From an uncultured archaeon (lineage in GTDB: Archaea; Iainarchaeota; Iainarchaeia; Iainarchaeales; CSSED10-239), in contig CAYXWT010000002.1 of NCBI GenBank assembly GCA_964468895.1, positions 1 to 32,000 on the forward strand: DNA of 32,000 bases, written 5' to 3'. Positions within the stretch are counted from its first letter, which is position 1. Each line of letters begins with the position of its first letter. A program made the translations under genes and the position numbers. The notes under the pieces were generated by a model that ran no database searches, was not told where the DNA came from, and was given only the letters and a program-made list of their open reading frames with translations. Of this stretch, positions 16,806 through 25,567 are shown in pieces.

Positions 16806-17497
16806 AAAGTGACCATAAGGTCAATAAAAATATATTTTTAGCTGCATTATTATTTTTATTAATATTTATAGTGGCAGGTTATTCAGGAATTATGTTATAT
16901 GATTCATATAAAAAAGATACTTTAGAATATGATTATTCTTTATTAAACCAACAAGTATTATTGGATGACTTATATGATAATTATTTAGAAGATGTGAATT
17001 CACAAGATGAAAAATGTGCCATTTTAGTTAATCAATTAGATTCTCAATTAGAAGTAAATAAAGAGCTATTTGAAAGATTAACATTAATTAATAAAAATGC
17101 AATTGTAGATACTGATAATAAATTAAAATACACTTATGTTTTGACAAATATTAAACTTTGGTTACATTATAATAAAATAACTAAAGAATGTAAAGATTTA
17201 AATCTTACAAGTGGACTTTATTTTTATCCAGAAGTTAAGAGTGATAATAGTAAACGTGAAATGTTATATGCTAAAACTATAGTTTTTCAAAAAAAATTAC
17301 AAGAATTTGATAAGGCTTGTAATTATGATTCTTTTGCTTTGCCATATCTTTCTTATATACCTATATTAAATCAAATAATATCTGATTATAATGTCACACA
17401 AAGTCCAGCAGCTGTTGTTAATGGTAAAGTTATTTATGAATTTCCAAAAGATATGAATGCTGAATTTTATGCTAGTTATGGATGTACTTTGAAATAA
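16790..17497 (+). CDS. Hypothetical membrane-anchored (single N-terminal TM) extracytoplasmic protein
   Basis: Overlaps the GT2 stop by 16 nt, suggesting translational coupling. The ..SPAAVVNGKVIYEF tail vaguely resembles the end of DsbA/thioredoxin-fold proteins, but there is no CxxC. Confidence 0.5.
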   Translation: MGKKLESDHKVNKNIFLAALLFLLIFIVAGYSGIMLYDSYKKDTLEYDYSLLNQQVLLDDLYDNYLEDVNSQDEKCAILVNQLDSQLEVNKELFERLTLINKNAIVDTDNKLKYTYVLTNIKLWLHYNKITKECKDLNLTSGLYFYPEVKSDNSKREMLYAKTIVFQKKLQEFDKACNYDSFALPYLSYIPILNQIISDYNVTQSPAAVVNGKVIYEFPKDMNAEFYASYGCTLK

Positions 17498-17514
17498 AAA
17501 AAAAGATCTTTAAA

Positions 17515-18177
17515 TTATTCTTTTAAATTTTTATTTTCATATTGACAAAATTTTGTGATAGGACAATTAAAACAATTTGGTTTTCTAGGATAACATATAT
17601 TTTGTCCTAATATTACAAATAAATAATTTGTTTTACTCCAGTATTTTTTAGGAAGATTTTGTCTAAGATAAAATTCAGTTTCTAAATTTGTTTTGGTATT
17701 AATTAATCTTATTCTATTTAGTATTCTATGTACATGTACATCTACACAAATTGCAGGTGTTGAATAAGCAACACTTAAAACTAGATTTGCAGTTTTTCTA
17801 CCAACACCAGGTAATTGAATTAACTCTTCAATAGTATTTGGTATTTTATTATTAAATTTAGTTTCTATTATTTTTGGCAGTTTTTTAAGATGTATGGTTT
17901 TTTTTTTATAAAAGCCAACACCATATAGAATTTCTTCTAATTCTTTTGGATCTATTTTTTTAAGATCAGAAAAAGATTTGATTTTTTTAAATAATTTATT
18001 GCAAACTCTGGCTGTTGTTGTATCTTTAGTTCTACTAGAAAGAATAGTTCCAATTAAAACAAAAAAAGGATCTTTGGTTTTAATATGTATTTGTTCAGCT
18101 AAAGGTATTTTATAATCAATTAAACTTTTGGATAATATATCATATATTTTTATAGTTTTATTAATATCTAGTTTCAT
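17515..18177 (-). CDS. nth: Endonuclease III (DNA glycosylase/AP lyase)
   Basis: HhH-GPD motif LPGVGRKTANLVL, catalytic-region VDVHVHRI, and C-terminal 4Fe-4S cluster CYPRKPNCFNCPITKFC. Confidence 0.9.
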   Translation of the reverse strand: MKLDINKTIKIYDILSKSLIDYKIPLAEQIHIKTKDPFFVLIGTILSSRTKDTTTARVCNKLFKKIKSFSDLKKIDPKELEEILYGVGFYKKKTIHLKKLPKIIETKFNNKIPNTIEELIQLPGVGRKTANLVLSVAYSTPAICVDVHVHRILNRIRLINTKTNLETEFYLRQNLPKKYWSKTNYLFVILGQNICYPRKPNCFNCPITKFCQYENKNLKE

Positions 18178-18196
18178 GATTTTTCAAAAAAGTATT

Positions 18197-18206
18197 TTAA
18201 ATTTAA
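18197..18206. promoter_or_regulatory. Palindromic TATA-like element TTAAATTTAA in the 45-nt nth/PTP divergent spacer
   Basis: Perfect 10-nt palindrome centred about 21-24 nt from both start codons. Consistent with TATA boxes of two short-leader or leaderless divergent transcripts. Confidence 0.3.
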
Positions 18207-18222
18207 CTGTACTATTTATATT

Positions 18223-18717
18223 ATGGATAATAGAATTTATAAATATAAAATATTGTTTGTGTGTACTGGTAATGTTTTTAGAAGTTTGTCTGCAAAATAT
18301 TTGTTAGATGAATTTTTAAAAGAAAAAGGTATTAACAATGTTTTTGTAGATTCTGCAGGAATAATTGCAAAACCTCAAAATTTAATCTTTAGTGTTGTTT
18401 CAGAATTAGGTCTATTAGGTGTTGACATAAAAGATCATAAACAAAAAAAATTAACCCAGGAAATGATTTGTAATTATGATTTAGTTGTGGCAATTAGTAA
18501 AAATCATCAAAAATTTATAAAGGATAATTTTAATCTTAATGTTCCTCTATTTTTAGAAATTGTTAAAAATAAAAAAGAAGATATTAAAGATAACCGTGAA
18601 GTTTTAGATAATTTAAATGGGTGGGCAGAAGATATGTATAATAAATCTATAGTTAGAAAAATTTATAGGTATATTCCTGAGTTTTATAATAACTTTGAAA
18701 AATTCATAAAAAAATAA
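18223..18717 (+). CDS. Low-molecular-weight protein-tyrosine phosphatase / ArsC-like
   Basis: N-terminal P-loop ILFVCTGNVFRS (CX5R-S) and DSAG motif. 164 aa. Confidence 0.8.
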   Translation: MDNRIYKYKILFVCTGNVFRSLSAKYLLDEFLKEKGINNVFVDSAGIIAKPQNLIFSVVSELGLLGVDIKDHKQKKLTQEMICNYDLVVAISKNHQKFIKDNFNLNVPLFLEIVKNKKEDIKDNREVLDNLNGWAEDMYNKSIVRKIYRYIPEFYNNFEKFIKK

Positions 18718-18720
18718 CTT

Positions 18721-19161
18721 TTAAATATTTCCAGAAGATCCAAATCCTTTTTCTCCTCTAATTGTTTCATCAAGGCTTTCTACTTCTATTATTTTGTCTT
18801 TAAATATAATAGTTGGAATTAATTGAGCAATTTTGTGCCCTTTTTCAATTTTTATATCTTTATCACTACTATTAAATAAACAAATTTTTATTTCTCCAGT
18901 ATATTCTCTATCAATAACACCTGCAAAAACATCAAGTCCCATTTTAACTGAAAGTCCACTTTTAGGAGCGATTCTTCCATAAACATCTTCATAATGATTG
19001 CCAATTTTAGGTAATTGTATAGCAATTCCAGTAGAAACTGTTTCTCTAGATTTTGCTTTTATTGTTATTTCTTGATCAGAAAATAAATCATAACCGGCAT
19101 CATTTTCATGAGCTTTAATTGGTAATTTTGCAGTTTCTGTTAATTTTTTTACTTTAATCAT
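18721..19161 (-). CDS. dut: dUTP diphosphatase (trimeric dUTPase)
   Basis: AGYDL, GRIAPKSGL, GVIDREYTGEI and RGEKGFGSSG motifs. Confidence 0.9.
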   Translation of the reverse strand: MIKVKKLTETAKLPIKAHENDAGYDLFSDQEITIKAKSRETVSTGIAIQLPKIGNHYEDVYGRIAPKSGLSVKMGLDVFAGVIDREYTGEIKICLFNSSDKDIKIEKGHKIAQLIPTIIFKDKIIEVESLDETIRGEKGFGSSGNI

Positions 19162-19198
19162 TTTTAGACCTCTTTTTTATAGTGATATTTTTAGAATA

Positions 19199-20497
19199 TT
19201 AAATTAATTTAATGTTTTCAAGTATACCAAATGAATATAAACTATCTCCAAAAAACATTTGTTCTTTAGAAAATTGAATATTTTTAAAACTATCTTTACA
19301 ATTACCTGTAAAATTTAAATTAGTAATGGTATTTTCAAATTTTCCATTAATAATTTCTTTACCTTGATTTATAGTTAAAGAAAATTCTCCATTTGTCAGA
19401 TTACTAGTATGAAAACCCATCATACTATATACTAAAATACCTTTTTTAGTTTTTGCAATTAAATTTTCAATTTTATTTTTTCCATTTTCTAAAATTAAAT
19501 TTGTATGCTCAGAACTTATTGATCCATATGCTGAACTTCTAAATCCATTTCCTGAAGATTTTTTATTAGCTAAAGTGGAACCATATACATCATAAATTGC
19601 AGTTTTAAATTTACCTTTGTTTATAATGTTTTTATTAGTGGTTTTATAACCCTCATCATCAACACTTTGAGATCCTAAAAAATAATCAAGATGTGGTTTT
19701 TCAACTAAATTTATATTTTTTGAAAAAACTTCTTTATTTTTAAGATTATATAAGTAACTTTCTTTTTTAAAAATAGTTTCTCCAATAGTTGCAGGAACAA
19801 TTAATTCATCAAATATTTCTTCTATTAACTCTGGAATAAATATTAGTGTGTATTTATCTTTTACACCTTGTTTTGGATTTAGAAGATTATTAGCATTTAT
19901 TTTTGCTTGTGTTATATTATTATTAATATCAATATCTTTTGTTTTTGTAAATATACTTGAAAAGCCACCGCTACTAGGTTTTTTAAATTTTGTATTTATG
20001 TGTGTACCTATATTAACACAAGTATTTTTATTTTCCTTTTCAAAATAAGGGTTGATATAGAAATTGTAGTGATTAACTTTACTTATTGAGCCTTCATAAG
20101 ATTTTATATATTTGTCTTTAGTAAGTTCCTTTTTTGTATCTTCTATTAATTTTTCAAAGCATATATTTTCAATATTTTTATCGAATTTAATTTTAGTTTT
20201 ACTTTTACTAGATCCAAAACTTTTTATTTTTAAATTATTTTTTAATTTAGCTACATTTTTTGCTTTTTTAATACCTGCAAGAATGTTTTCTATATTAAAT
20301 TTATTTAGTGTGTATTCTCCAATTTGCCCATTTATTAAAACTTTTATAAGCAATGCAGAATTTTCTTTATAACTATTTTTACCTATAGAAAACTTTTCAA
20401 TATTACTTTTTTCTAAATTGTTTTCTTGATAATAAAATTCAATATTTTCTTTTTTAGATAATTTTGAACAATAATCTAATAATTCATTTTTATTCAT
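19199..20497 (-). CDS. pmbA: PmbA/TldE-family metalloprotease subunit
   Basis: Family-typical C-terminal G..S.. pattern and pairing with tldD. Start set at MNKNELL (ATG top at 20497), which overlaps the tldD stop by 8 nt. The listed extension to 20590 lies inside tldD. Confidence 0.75.
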   Translation of the reverse strand: MNKNELLDYCSKLSKKENIEFYYQENNLEKSNIEKFSIGKNSYKENSALLIKVLINGQIGEYTLNKFNIENILAGIKKAKNVAKLKNNLKIKSFGSSKSKTKIKFDKNIENICFEKLIEDTKKELTKDKYIKSYEGSISKVNHYNFYINPYFEKENKNTCVNIGTHINTKFKKPSSGGFSSIFTKTKDIDINNNITQAKINANNLLNPKQGVKDKYTLIFIPELIEEIFDELIVPATIGETIFKKESYLYNLKNKEVFSKNINLVEKPHLDYFLGSQSVDDEGYKTTNKNIINKGKFKTAIYDVYGSTLANKKSSGNGFRSSAYGSISSEHTNLILENGKNKIENLIAKTKKGILVYSMMGFHTSNLTNGEFSLTINQGKEIINGKFENTITNLNFTGNCKDSFKNIQFSKEQMFFGDSLYSFGILENIKLI

Positions 20498-21908
20498 GCT
20501 TAGTTCCACCAATAATTGTATTTTTAATTTTAATATATGGTCCACTACCACTAACAAATGCGCTTTGACCACCTTTACCACAAAACCCAAAGCTAAAATC
20601 TCCTACTTTATTACCTAAAGAATCTATATTTTTCAAATAATTAAGTATATTTCCAGAAATGCTTGCTTGTTTAAATTTAGAAATTATTTTTCCATTTTTC
20701 ATTTTATAAGCATTTTTTATACCAAACATAAATGTACCTACTGAAGGATCTACTTGACCTCCAGCAAAGCCATCTAATAAAAAGCCATCAAAATTATTTA
20801 AAAGATCTTTATATTTATCTTTGCCTTCTTTAAAATAAGTATTACTCATTCTAACTATTGGAATTTTACTATAACTTTCACTTCTTGCAGCACCGTTAGA
20901 TTTCAAATTTAATTCACTAGCAGATTCAATATCCATTAAATATTCATTAACAATTCCGTTTTTGATAATAGTTCTAGGTTTTGCAAGTATTCCTTCATCA
21001 TCATATTTATAATATCCAAATTCTTTTTTAGTTGGATCATCAATAATGGTAATGTTTTTATTACAAATAACTTGTCCTAATTTTAATATTGATGAATTAT
21101 TTATAACTGCATCAGCTTCAGCAGCATGACCTATTGCTTCATGTGCTAATAAATCACTTAATTCTGGAGTTATAATTATATCAGATTTTGTTGCAGGACA
21201 TGGTTTAGAATTTAATAATTCTATGATTTTATTATTATTATCTATTAATATTTTTTCTTTTTGTTTAAAACTTATTTTTTCTAAACCTCCAAGATGTCCT
21301 ATTCTATGTACACTTTGTTCTATAATATCATCTTTTTTAGAAACTAATGAAGAGTACATTATTATATGTGGGTCTTCTTGATAAATGTAAGAATATGGAT
21401 TTACAAAATATTTTTTTCTTAAAATTTCCATATAAGTTAAATTAGAATTTAATATTTCATAAAATTTATCTTTCTTTTGCTTTTTAATAAAATTTGCATT
21501 TATTTTTTGTAATTCTTTAGTTTTATTACTAATATTAATATCTTTAAAATTTGTATATTTAATTTTACATTTAGCTTTAGTAGTTGAAAATTCATTTAGT
21601 TTTGTTTTTTTATTAGTTTTAAGAGTATTACTAATGCACTTATCAATAATAAATTTATAATTATCTATATTATTAGTACTACAAAACCCTAATTTTTGAT
21701 TTTTGTAAACTCTAATACCTATTCCAGAGGTATTATTTTCTTTAATATTTTTAATATCTTTATTTTGTATGCTTATAGAATTTGTATAATTATCTTCATA
21801 TCTAATATCATAATAATCTAAATTTTTAGATTCTAAATATGATTTGATATTGTCTATTTTGTTTAGGAATTCATTTTTATTTTTAGAAGTTGTTTTTATT
21901 TTGTTCAT
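20490..21908 (-). CDS. tldD: TldD-family metalloprotease
   Basis: HEAIGHAAEAD (HExxxH) and a C-terminal GxC..GG glycine-rich region. 472 aa. Confidence 0.85.
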   Translation of the reverse strand: MNKIKTTSKNKNEFLNKIDNIKSYLESKNLDYYDIRYEDNYTNSISIQNKDIKNIKENNTSGIGIRVYKNQKLGFCSTNNIDNYKFIIDKCISNTLKTNKKTKLNEFSTTKAKCKIKYTNFKDINISNKTKELQKINANFIKKQKKDKFYEILNSNLTYMEILRKKYFVNPYSYIYQEDPHIIMYSSLVSKKDDIIEQSVHRIGHLGGLEKISFKQKEKILIDNNNKIIELLNSKPCPATKSDIIITPELSDLLAHEAIGHAAEADAVINNSSILKLGQVICNKNITIIDDPTKKEFGYYKYDDEGILAKPRTIIKNGIVNEYLMDIESASELNLKSNGAARSESYSKIPIVRMSNTYFKEGKDKYKDLLNNFDGFLLDGFAGGQVDPSVGTFMFGIKNAYKMKNGKIISKFKQASISGNILNYLKNIDSLGNKVGDFSFGFCGKGGQSAFVSGSGPYIKIKNTIIGGTKHE

Positions 21909-22080
21909 AATATTATAATTTTAAGTAAAAACATTTAAATAATATTACTTTAGTGTTTTTAATTTTCAAAACAATATGTTTTTATTAATATTTCATATAA
22001 ATTATATACTTTTTGATAATCTAAGAATAATAATCTAATATTTAGATGATAATTAATTAAATTAAAAGAGGTGTTAAACT

Positions 22081-22863
22081 ATGGTGATTGTTTGGTTGAT
22101 AGTAATTGTGTTTTTACTGTTAATTAGTTTAAGAGTAGTAAAAGAGTATGAAAGAGGAATTAAATTTGTTTTTGGTAGATTTGATTCAGTTATGAGTCCT
22201 GGATTAAATTTAGTAATACCTATTTTTCATACTTATCAAATAGTAGATATAAGAACTAAAGCTGTTGATGTACCTGATCAAGAGGCAATAACTAAAGATA
22301 ATATTGCAGCAGGAATTAATGCTGTTATTTACTATAAAATTTCAGATGCAAAAAAAGCTATTATAGAAGTTCAAAACTATTATTATGCTGTAAGTCAATT
22401 AGCTCAAACAACTATGAGAAATATAGTTGGAGAAGTTGAATTAGATGAACTTTTAAGTAATAGAGATGGTATTGCTGCAAAAATTAGAGATATAATAGAT
22501 AAAGCTACAGATCCTTGGGGTATTAAAGTTGAAGGTGTTGAATTAAAAGATGTTGTTTTACCTCCAGATATGAAAAGAGTTATAGCTAAACAAGCTGAAG
22601 CTGAAAGAGAAAAAAGAGCTGTAATAATAAAAGCTCAAGGAGAAGTTATTGCTTCAACTAATTTAGCAAAAGCTGCACATACTTTAGCAACTTCTGCAGG
22701 TGCTCTTCATTTAAGAACACTTCAGACATTAAATGATCTCTCTTCAGATCAAAGCAATACAGTTATATTTGCAATACCTCTTGAACTGTTAAGAGCTTTT
22801 GAAAGAGTTGGTTTAGATAGGAATGTAATTAATAAAATTACAACTTTAAAAAAGAAAAAATAA
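22081..22863 (+). CDS. SPFH/band 7 (stomatin/prohibitin-like) protein
   Basis: N-terminal TM, VKEYERGIKFVFGRF, PGLNLVIPI, ITKDN, and EAEREKRA coiled region. AGAGGTG Shine-Dalgarno upstream. Confidence 0.9.
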   Translation: MVIVWLIVIVFLLLISLRVVKEYERGIKFVFGRFDSVMSPGLNLVIPIFHTYQIVDIRTKAVDVPDQEAITKDNIAAGINAVIYYKISDAKKAIIEVQNYYYAVSQLAQTTMRNIVGEVELDELLSNRDGIAAKIRDIIDKATDPWGIKVEGVELKDVVLPPDMKRVIAKQAEAEREKRAVIIKAQGEVIASTNLAKAAHTLATSAGALHLRTLQTLNDLSSDQSNTVIFAIPLELLRAFERVGLDRNVINKITTLKKKK

Positions 22864-22889
22864 TCTTTTTTTCTTTTTTCTTTTTTTTT
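22864..22889 (+). terminator. Oligo-T tract (archaeal intrinsic terminator candidate) after the stomatin gene
   Basis: TCTTTTTTTCTTTTTTCTTTTTTTTT immediately follows the stop codon. Confidence 0.45.
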
Positions 22890-22916
22890 AAATTATAATG
22901 ATATTTTTGATTTTAT

Positions 22917-23426
22917 ATGCAAGATGGTCTAAAAAACACAAAACAGAAAAAAATAGATGATTTTAATAAAACCTTATTAAGTAAGAAAAAAGAGGATTTT
23001 TTTCATAAAATTTACTATTTCATTATAAGTTTTCCTAATTTATATAAATATAAAAATGTAATTAAGTATTTAAGTATAGGTTTGTTTGGAACTGTAGTTG
23101 ATTACATTGTCTTATTATTTTTAACAGAAATAATTGGTGTTTTTTATTTAATTTCAGCATCTATATCTTATTGCCTAGGAATTATAAGTAATTTTTTATT
23201 AAACAAAAAATTTACTTTCAAGTTTGAAAATAATAAATTTAATTATGTGATGAGAGCTTTTTTATCTTATTTTTTAGTTTCTATTTTTAGTTTAATTATC
23301 ACTTTATTATTTATGAGTTTTTTTGTAGAAGTTGTTCATATAAATTATATAATTGCAAAAATCACAATTTCTTTAGTAATGATATTTTATAGATATTTTG
23401 CACATTCTAGATGCTTCAAAAAATAA
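22917..23426 (+). CDS. GtrA-family membrane protein
   Basis: KYLSIGLFGTVVDYIVLLFL.. and ..NFLLNKKFTF with four TM segments, typical of GtrA-like proteins. Confidence 0.75.
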   Translation: MQDGLKNTKQKKIDDFNKTLLSKKKEDFFHKIYYFIISFPNLYKYKNVIKYLSIGLFGTVVDYIVLLFLTEIIGVFYLISASISYCLGIISNFLLNKKFTFKFENNKFNYVMRAFLSYFLVSIFSLIITLLFMSFFVEVVHINYIIAKITISLVMIFYRYFAHSRCFKK

Positions 23427-23502
23427 ATCTTCGCATTTAGTTATATTTTTATATTCTTTCTATCTTTATTCTATATTATATTTTAGAAAATTAAAATAAA
23501 AA

Positions 23503-24873
23503 ATGGGATTAATTATGAACTTAACTAAAGATAATGTTGGACAATTAGTTGAAATTATTAAATTAAAAGATAATAAAGAAATTAAATATGAAGGTTATAT
23601 TATTAAAATTTCTGAAAGTTCAGTTGATTTAAAATTATTAGATAATTCTTATAATATTTCTGTAAATATAAATGAAAATACTAAAATTTCTTTAAAAGAT
23701 GAAAAAATAGAAATTGGTAAACCACCATTTTCGAAAATTATAAATAATAAAGATTTACCAAATATAACTTATATTGGAACTGGTGGAACTATTGGAACCC
23801 ATATAGATTACAAAACTGGTGGAGTTTCAATGACTAGAAAACCAGAAGAAATAGTTGTAACTACTCCTGAATTATTAAAAATTGTAAATTTAAAAAAAGT
23901 AAGCTCTCCAGTTATGAGAGGTAGTGAAGATTTAACTTATATTGATTGGCAAAAAATATCTGCAGAAGTTTATGATTCACTAATAGATGATGATATAAAT
24001 GGAATTATTATTAGTCATGGAACAGATACACTTTGTTGGACTGGAAGTGCAATTTCTTTTATGATTGAAAACATAAATAAACCTGTTCTTTTAGTAGGTG
24101 CTCAGAGATCTCCTGATAGAGCTAGTTTTGATGGATCTATGAATTTAATATGTGCTGCATATTTTATTAAAGAGAAAGTTCCTGGAGTATATTTAGTTAT
24201 GCATGCAAGTATAAATGATGATTTTTGTTATGTTACTAGAGCAGTAAAATCTAAAAAATTACATACTTCTAGAAGAGATGCTTTTAAATCAGTAAATGAT
24301 TTACCAATTGCTAAAGTTTATTTAGATGGTAAAATTGAATATTTACAAAATAAAAAAGATGTTTATGATTATTATAAAAATAATTTAAAACCAGTTTTAA
24401 ATAATGATTTTGAAGAAAAAACAGGTGTTCTTCAAATTTGTCCAAACTCAAATCCAAAAATAATGGATTGGTATATTCAAGAAGGCTATAAAGGTCTTAT
24501 TTTAGAAGGAACTGCTTTAGGTCATATTCCTACGGGTTCAGGTGGAGAAGATAAAACTTTTCCTAATCAATTGAACTGGTTACCATATTTAGAAAAAGCA
24601 AATAAAAAAGGAATAATATTAATTATGACTAGTCAATCTTTATTTGGAAGAGTTAATAATAAAGTTTATTCCAATTTAAGATCAATTTCTAAAAGTGGTG
24701 TAGAATATTTAGAACAACATGATATGTTATATTCAGTAGCTTATATTAAGTTAGCAATAGCTCTTAAAAAGTTTAAAACTAAAGAAGAAGTTATTAATTT
24801 TATGAAAACAAATATTTGTGGAGAAATAAGCTCTAAAGAGATATCTAATAGTTTTGAAAACTCTTTAAAATAA
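23503..24873 (+). CDS. gatD: Glutamyl-tRNA(Gln) amidotransferase subunit D
   Basis: N-terminal AD1 domain plus an asparaginase-like domain with GTGGTIG and HGTDT motifs. The start could instead be ATG 23515. Confidence 0.9.
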   Translation: MGLIMNLTKDNVGQLVEIIKLKDNKEIKYEGYIIKISESSVDLKLLDNSYNISVNINENTKISLKDEKIEIGKPPFSKIINNKDLPNITYIGTGGTIGTHIDYKTGGVSMTRKPEEIVVTTPELLKIVNLKKVSSPVMRGSEDLTYIDWQKISAEVYDSLIDDDINGIIISHGTDTLCWTGSAISFMIENINKPVLLVGAQRSPDRASFDGSMNLICAAYFIKEKVPGVYLVMHASINDDFCYVTRAVKSKKLHTSRRDAFKSVNDLPIAKVYLDGKIEYLQNKKDVYDYYKNNLKPVLNNDFEEKTGVLQICPNSNPKIMDWYIQEGYKGLILEGTALGHIPTGSGGEDKTFPNQLNWLPYLEKANKKGIILIMTSQSLFGRVNNKVYSNLRSISKSGVEYLEQHDMLYSVAYIKLAIALKKFKTKEEVINFMKTNICGEISSKEISNSFENSLK

Positions 24874-24876
24874 TTT

Positions 24877-24883
24877 GGAGGTG
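24877..24883 (+). promoter_or_regulatory. Shine-Dalgarno GGAGGTG for the TTG-initiated ORF 24890
   Basis: Perfect anti-SD complement 6 nt upstream of TTG 24890. Confidence 0.5.
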
Positions 24884-24889
24884 TTTTAA

Positions 24890-25543
24890 TTGAATTATTC
24901 TAGAATTGATTCTTTAAAAGAAAATCCAATATTAAAAAAATATTTTATAAAACCTAAATTTATAGATTCTAAAAATCTAAATATTTATGTTGAGCTTTTA
25001 AAGAAGGGTTATTTTGATGTTTTTATTAAAAAATTTAATTTATTTTTAAAAAAACATACATTTGGTACTAACCAAATTAAGTTTTTATTTATTTATTTGG
25101 AGTATTTACTAGAAAAGGAAGATATATTTAATAAAAAAATTATAGCCAAAATATGTGTATATTTTTTTAGTATGAGTAGATGTATTTATTTAGGAGTATA
25201 TAATAAAGAAATAATTAATTATATTAAACAAAATAGTAATATATTAAGTAAACATAAATCATTGAACATTAGATTTTGGGATAAAGACTATTACAAATTA
25301 ATTGAGTTAGAAGATAAAATTACCACTATAAATAAAAATACGGGATTTTATATTAAAGAACATTTTAAAATATTAAATAAGAAGTTTAAGAAAAAAGAAT
25401 TTACAAAGAAGATTTATTTAAAAACAGTAGATGATCTTAGAAATAGTGTTAAAATAAGTATAGATGATTATTTGGCAGAAAAAAATAATTGTTTAATAGT
25501 TTCTATAAATAAAGCTCTTTCTAAATATGATAATAATAAATAG
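24890..25543 (+). CDS. Hypothetical protein encoded between gatD and gatE
   Basis: 217-aa ORF, TTG start with strong Shine-Dalgarno. Lies 16 nt after gatD and 24 nt before gatE. No recognisable domain. Confidence 0.55.
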   Translation: MNYSRIDSLKENPILKKYFIKPKFIDSKNLNIYVELLKKGYFDVFIKKFNLFLKKHTFGTNQIKFLFIYLEYLLEKEDIFNKKIIAKICVYFFSMSRCIYLGVYNKEIINYIKQNSNILSKHKSLNIRFWDKDYYKLIELEDKITTINKNTGFYIKEHFKILNKKFKKKEFTKKIYLKTVDDLRNSVKISIDDYLAEKNNCLIVSINKALSKYDNNK

Positions 25544-25567
25544 AATTGGTTGAACTTGTGAATAATT

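Noticed and set aside
19848-20372. ORFs 19848-20048 and 20112-20372 (+), opposite pmbA
   Set aside because: They are antisense to pmbA and their translations are hydrophobic low complexity.
20498-20590. N-terminal extension of the pmbA ORF to 20590
   Set aside because: The extension lies within the tldD coding sequence. The internal MNKNELL start gives the typical 8-nt ATG/stop overlap with tldD.
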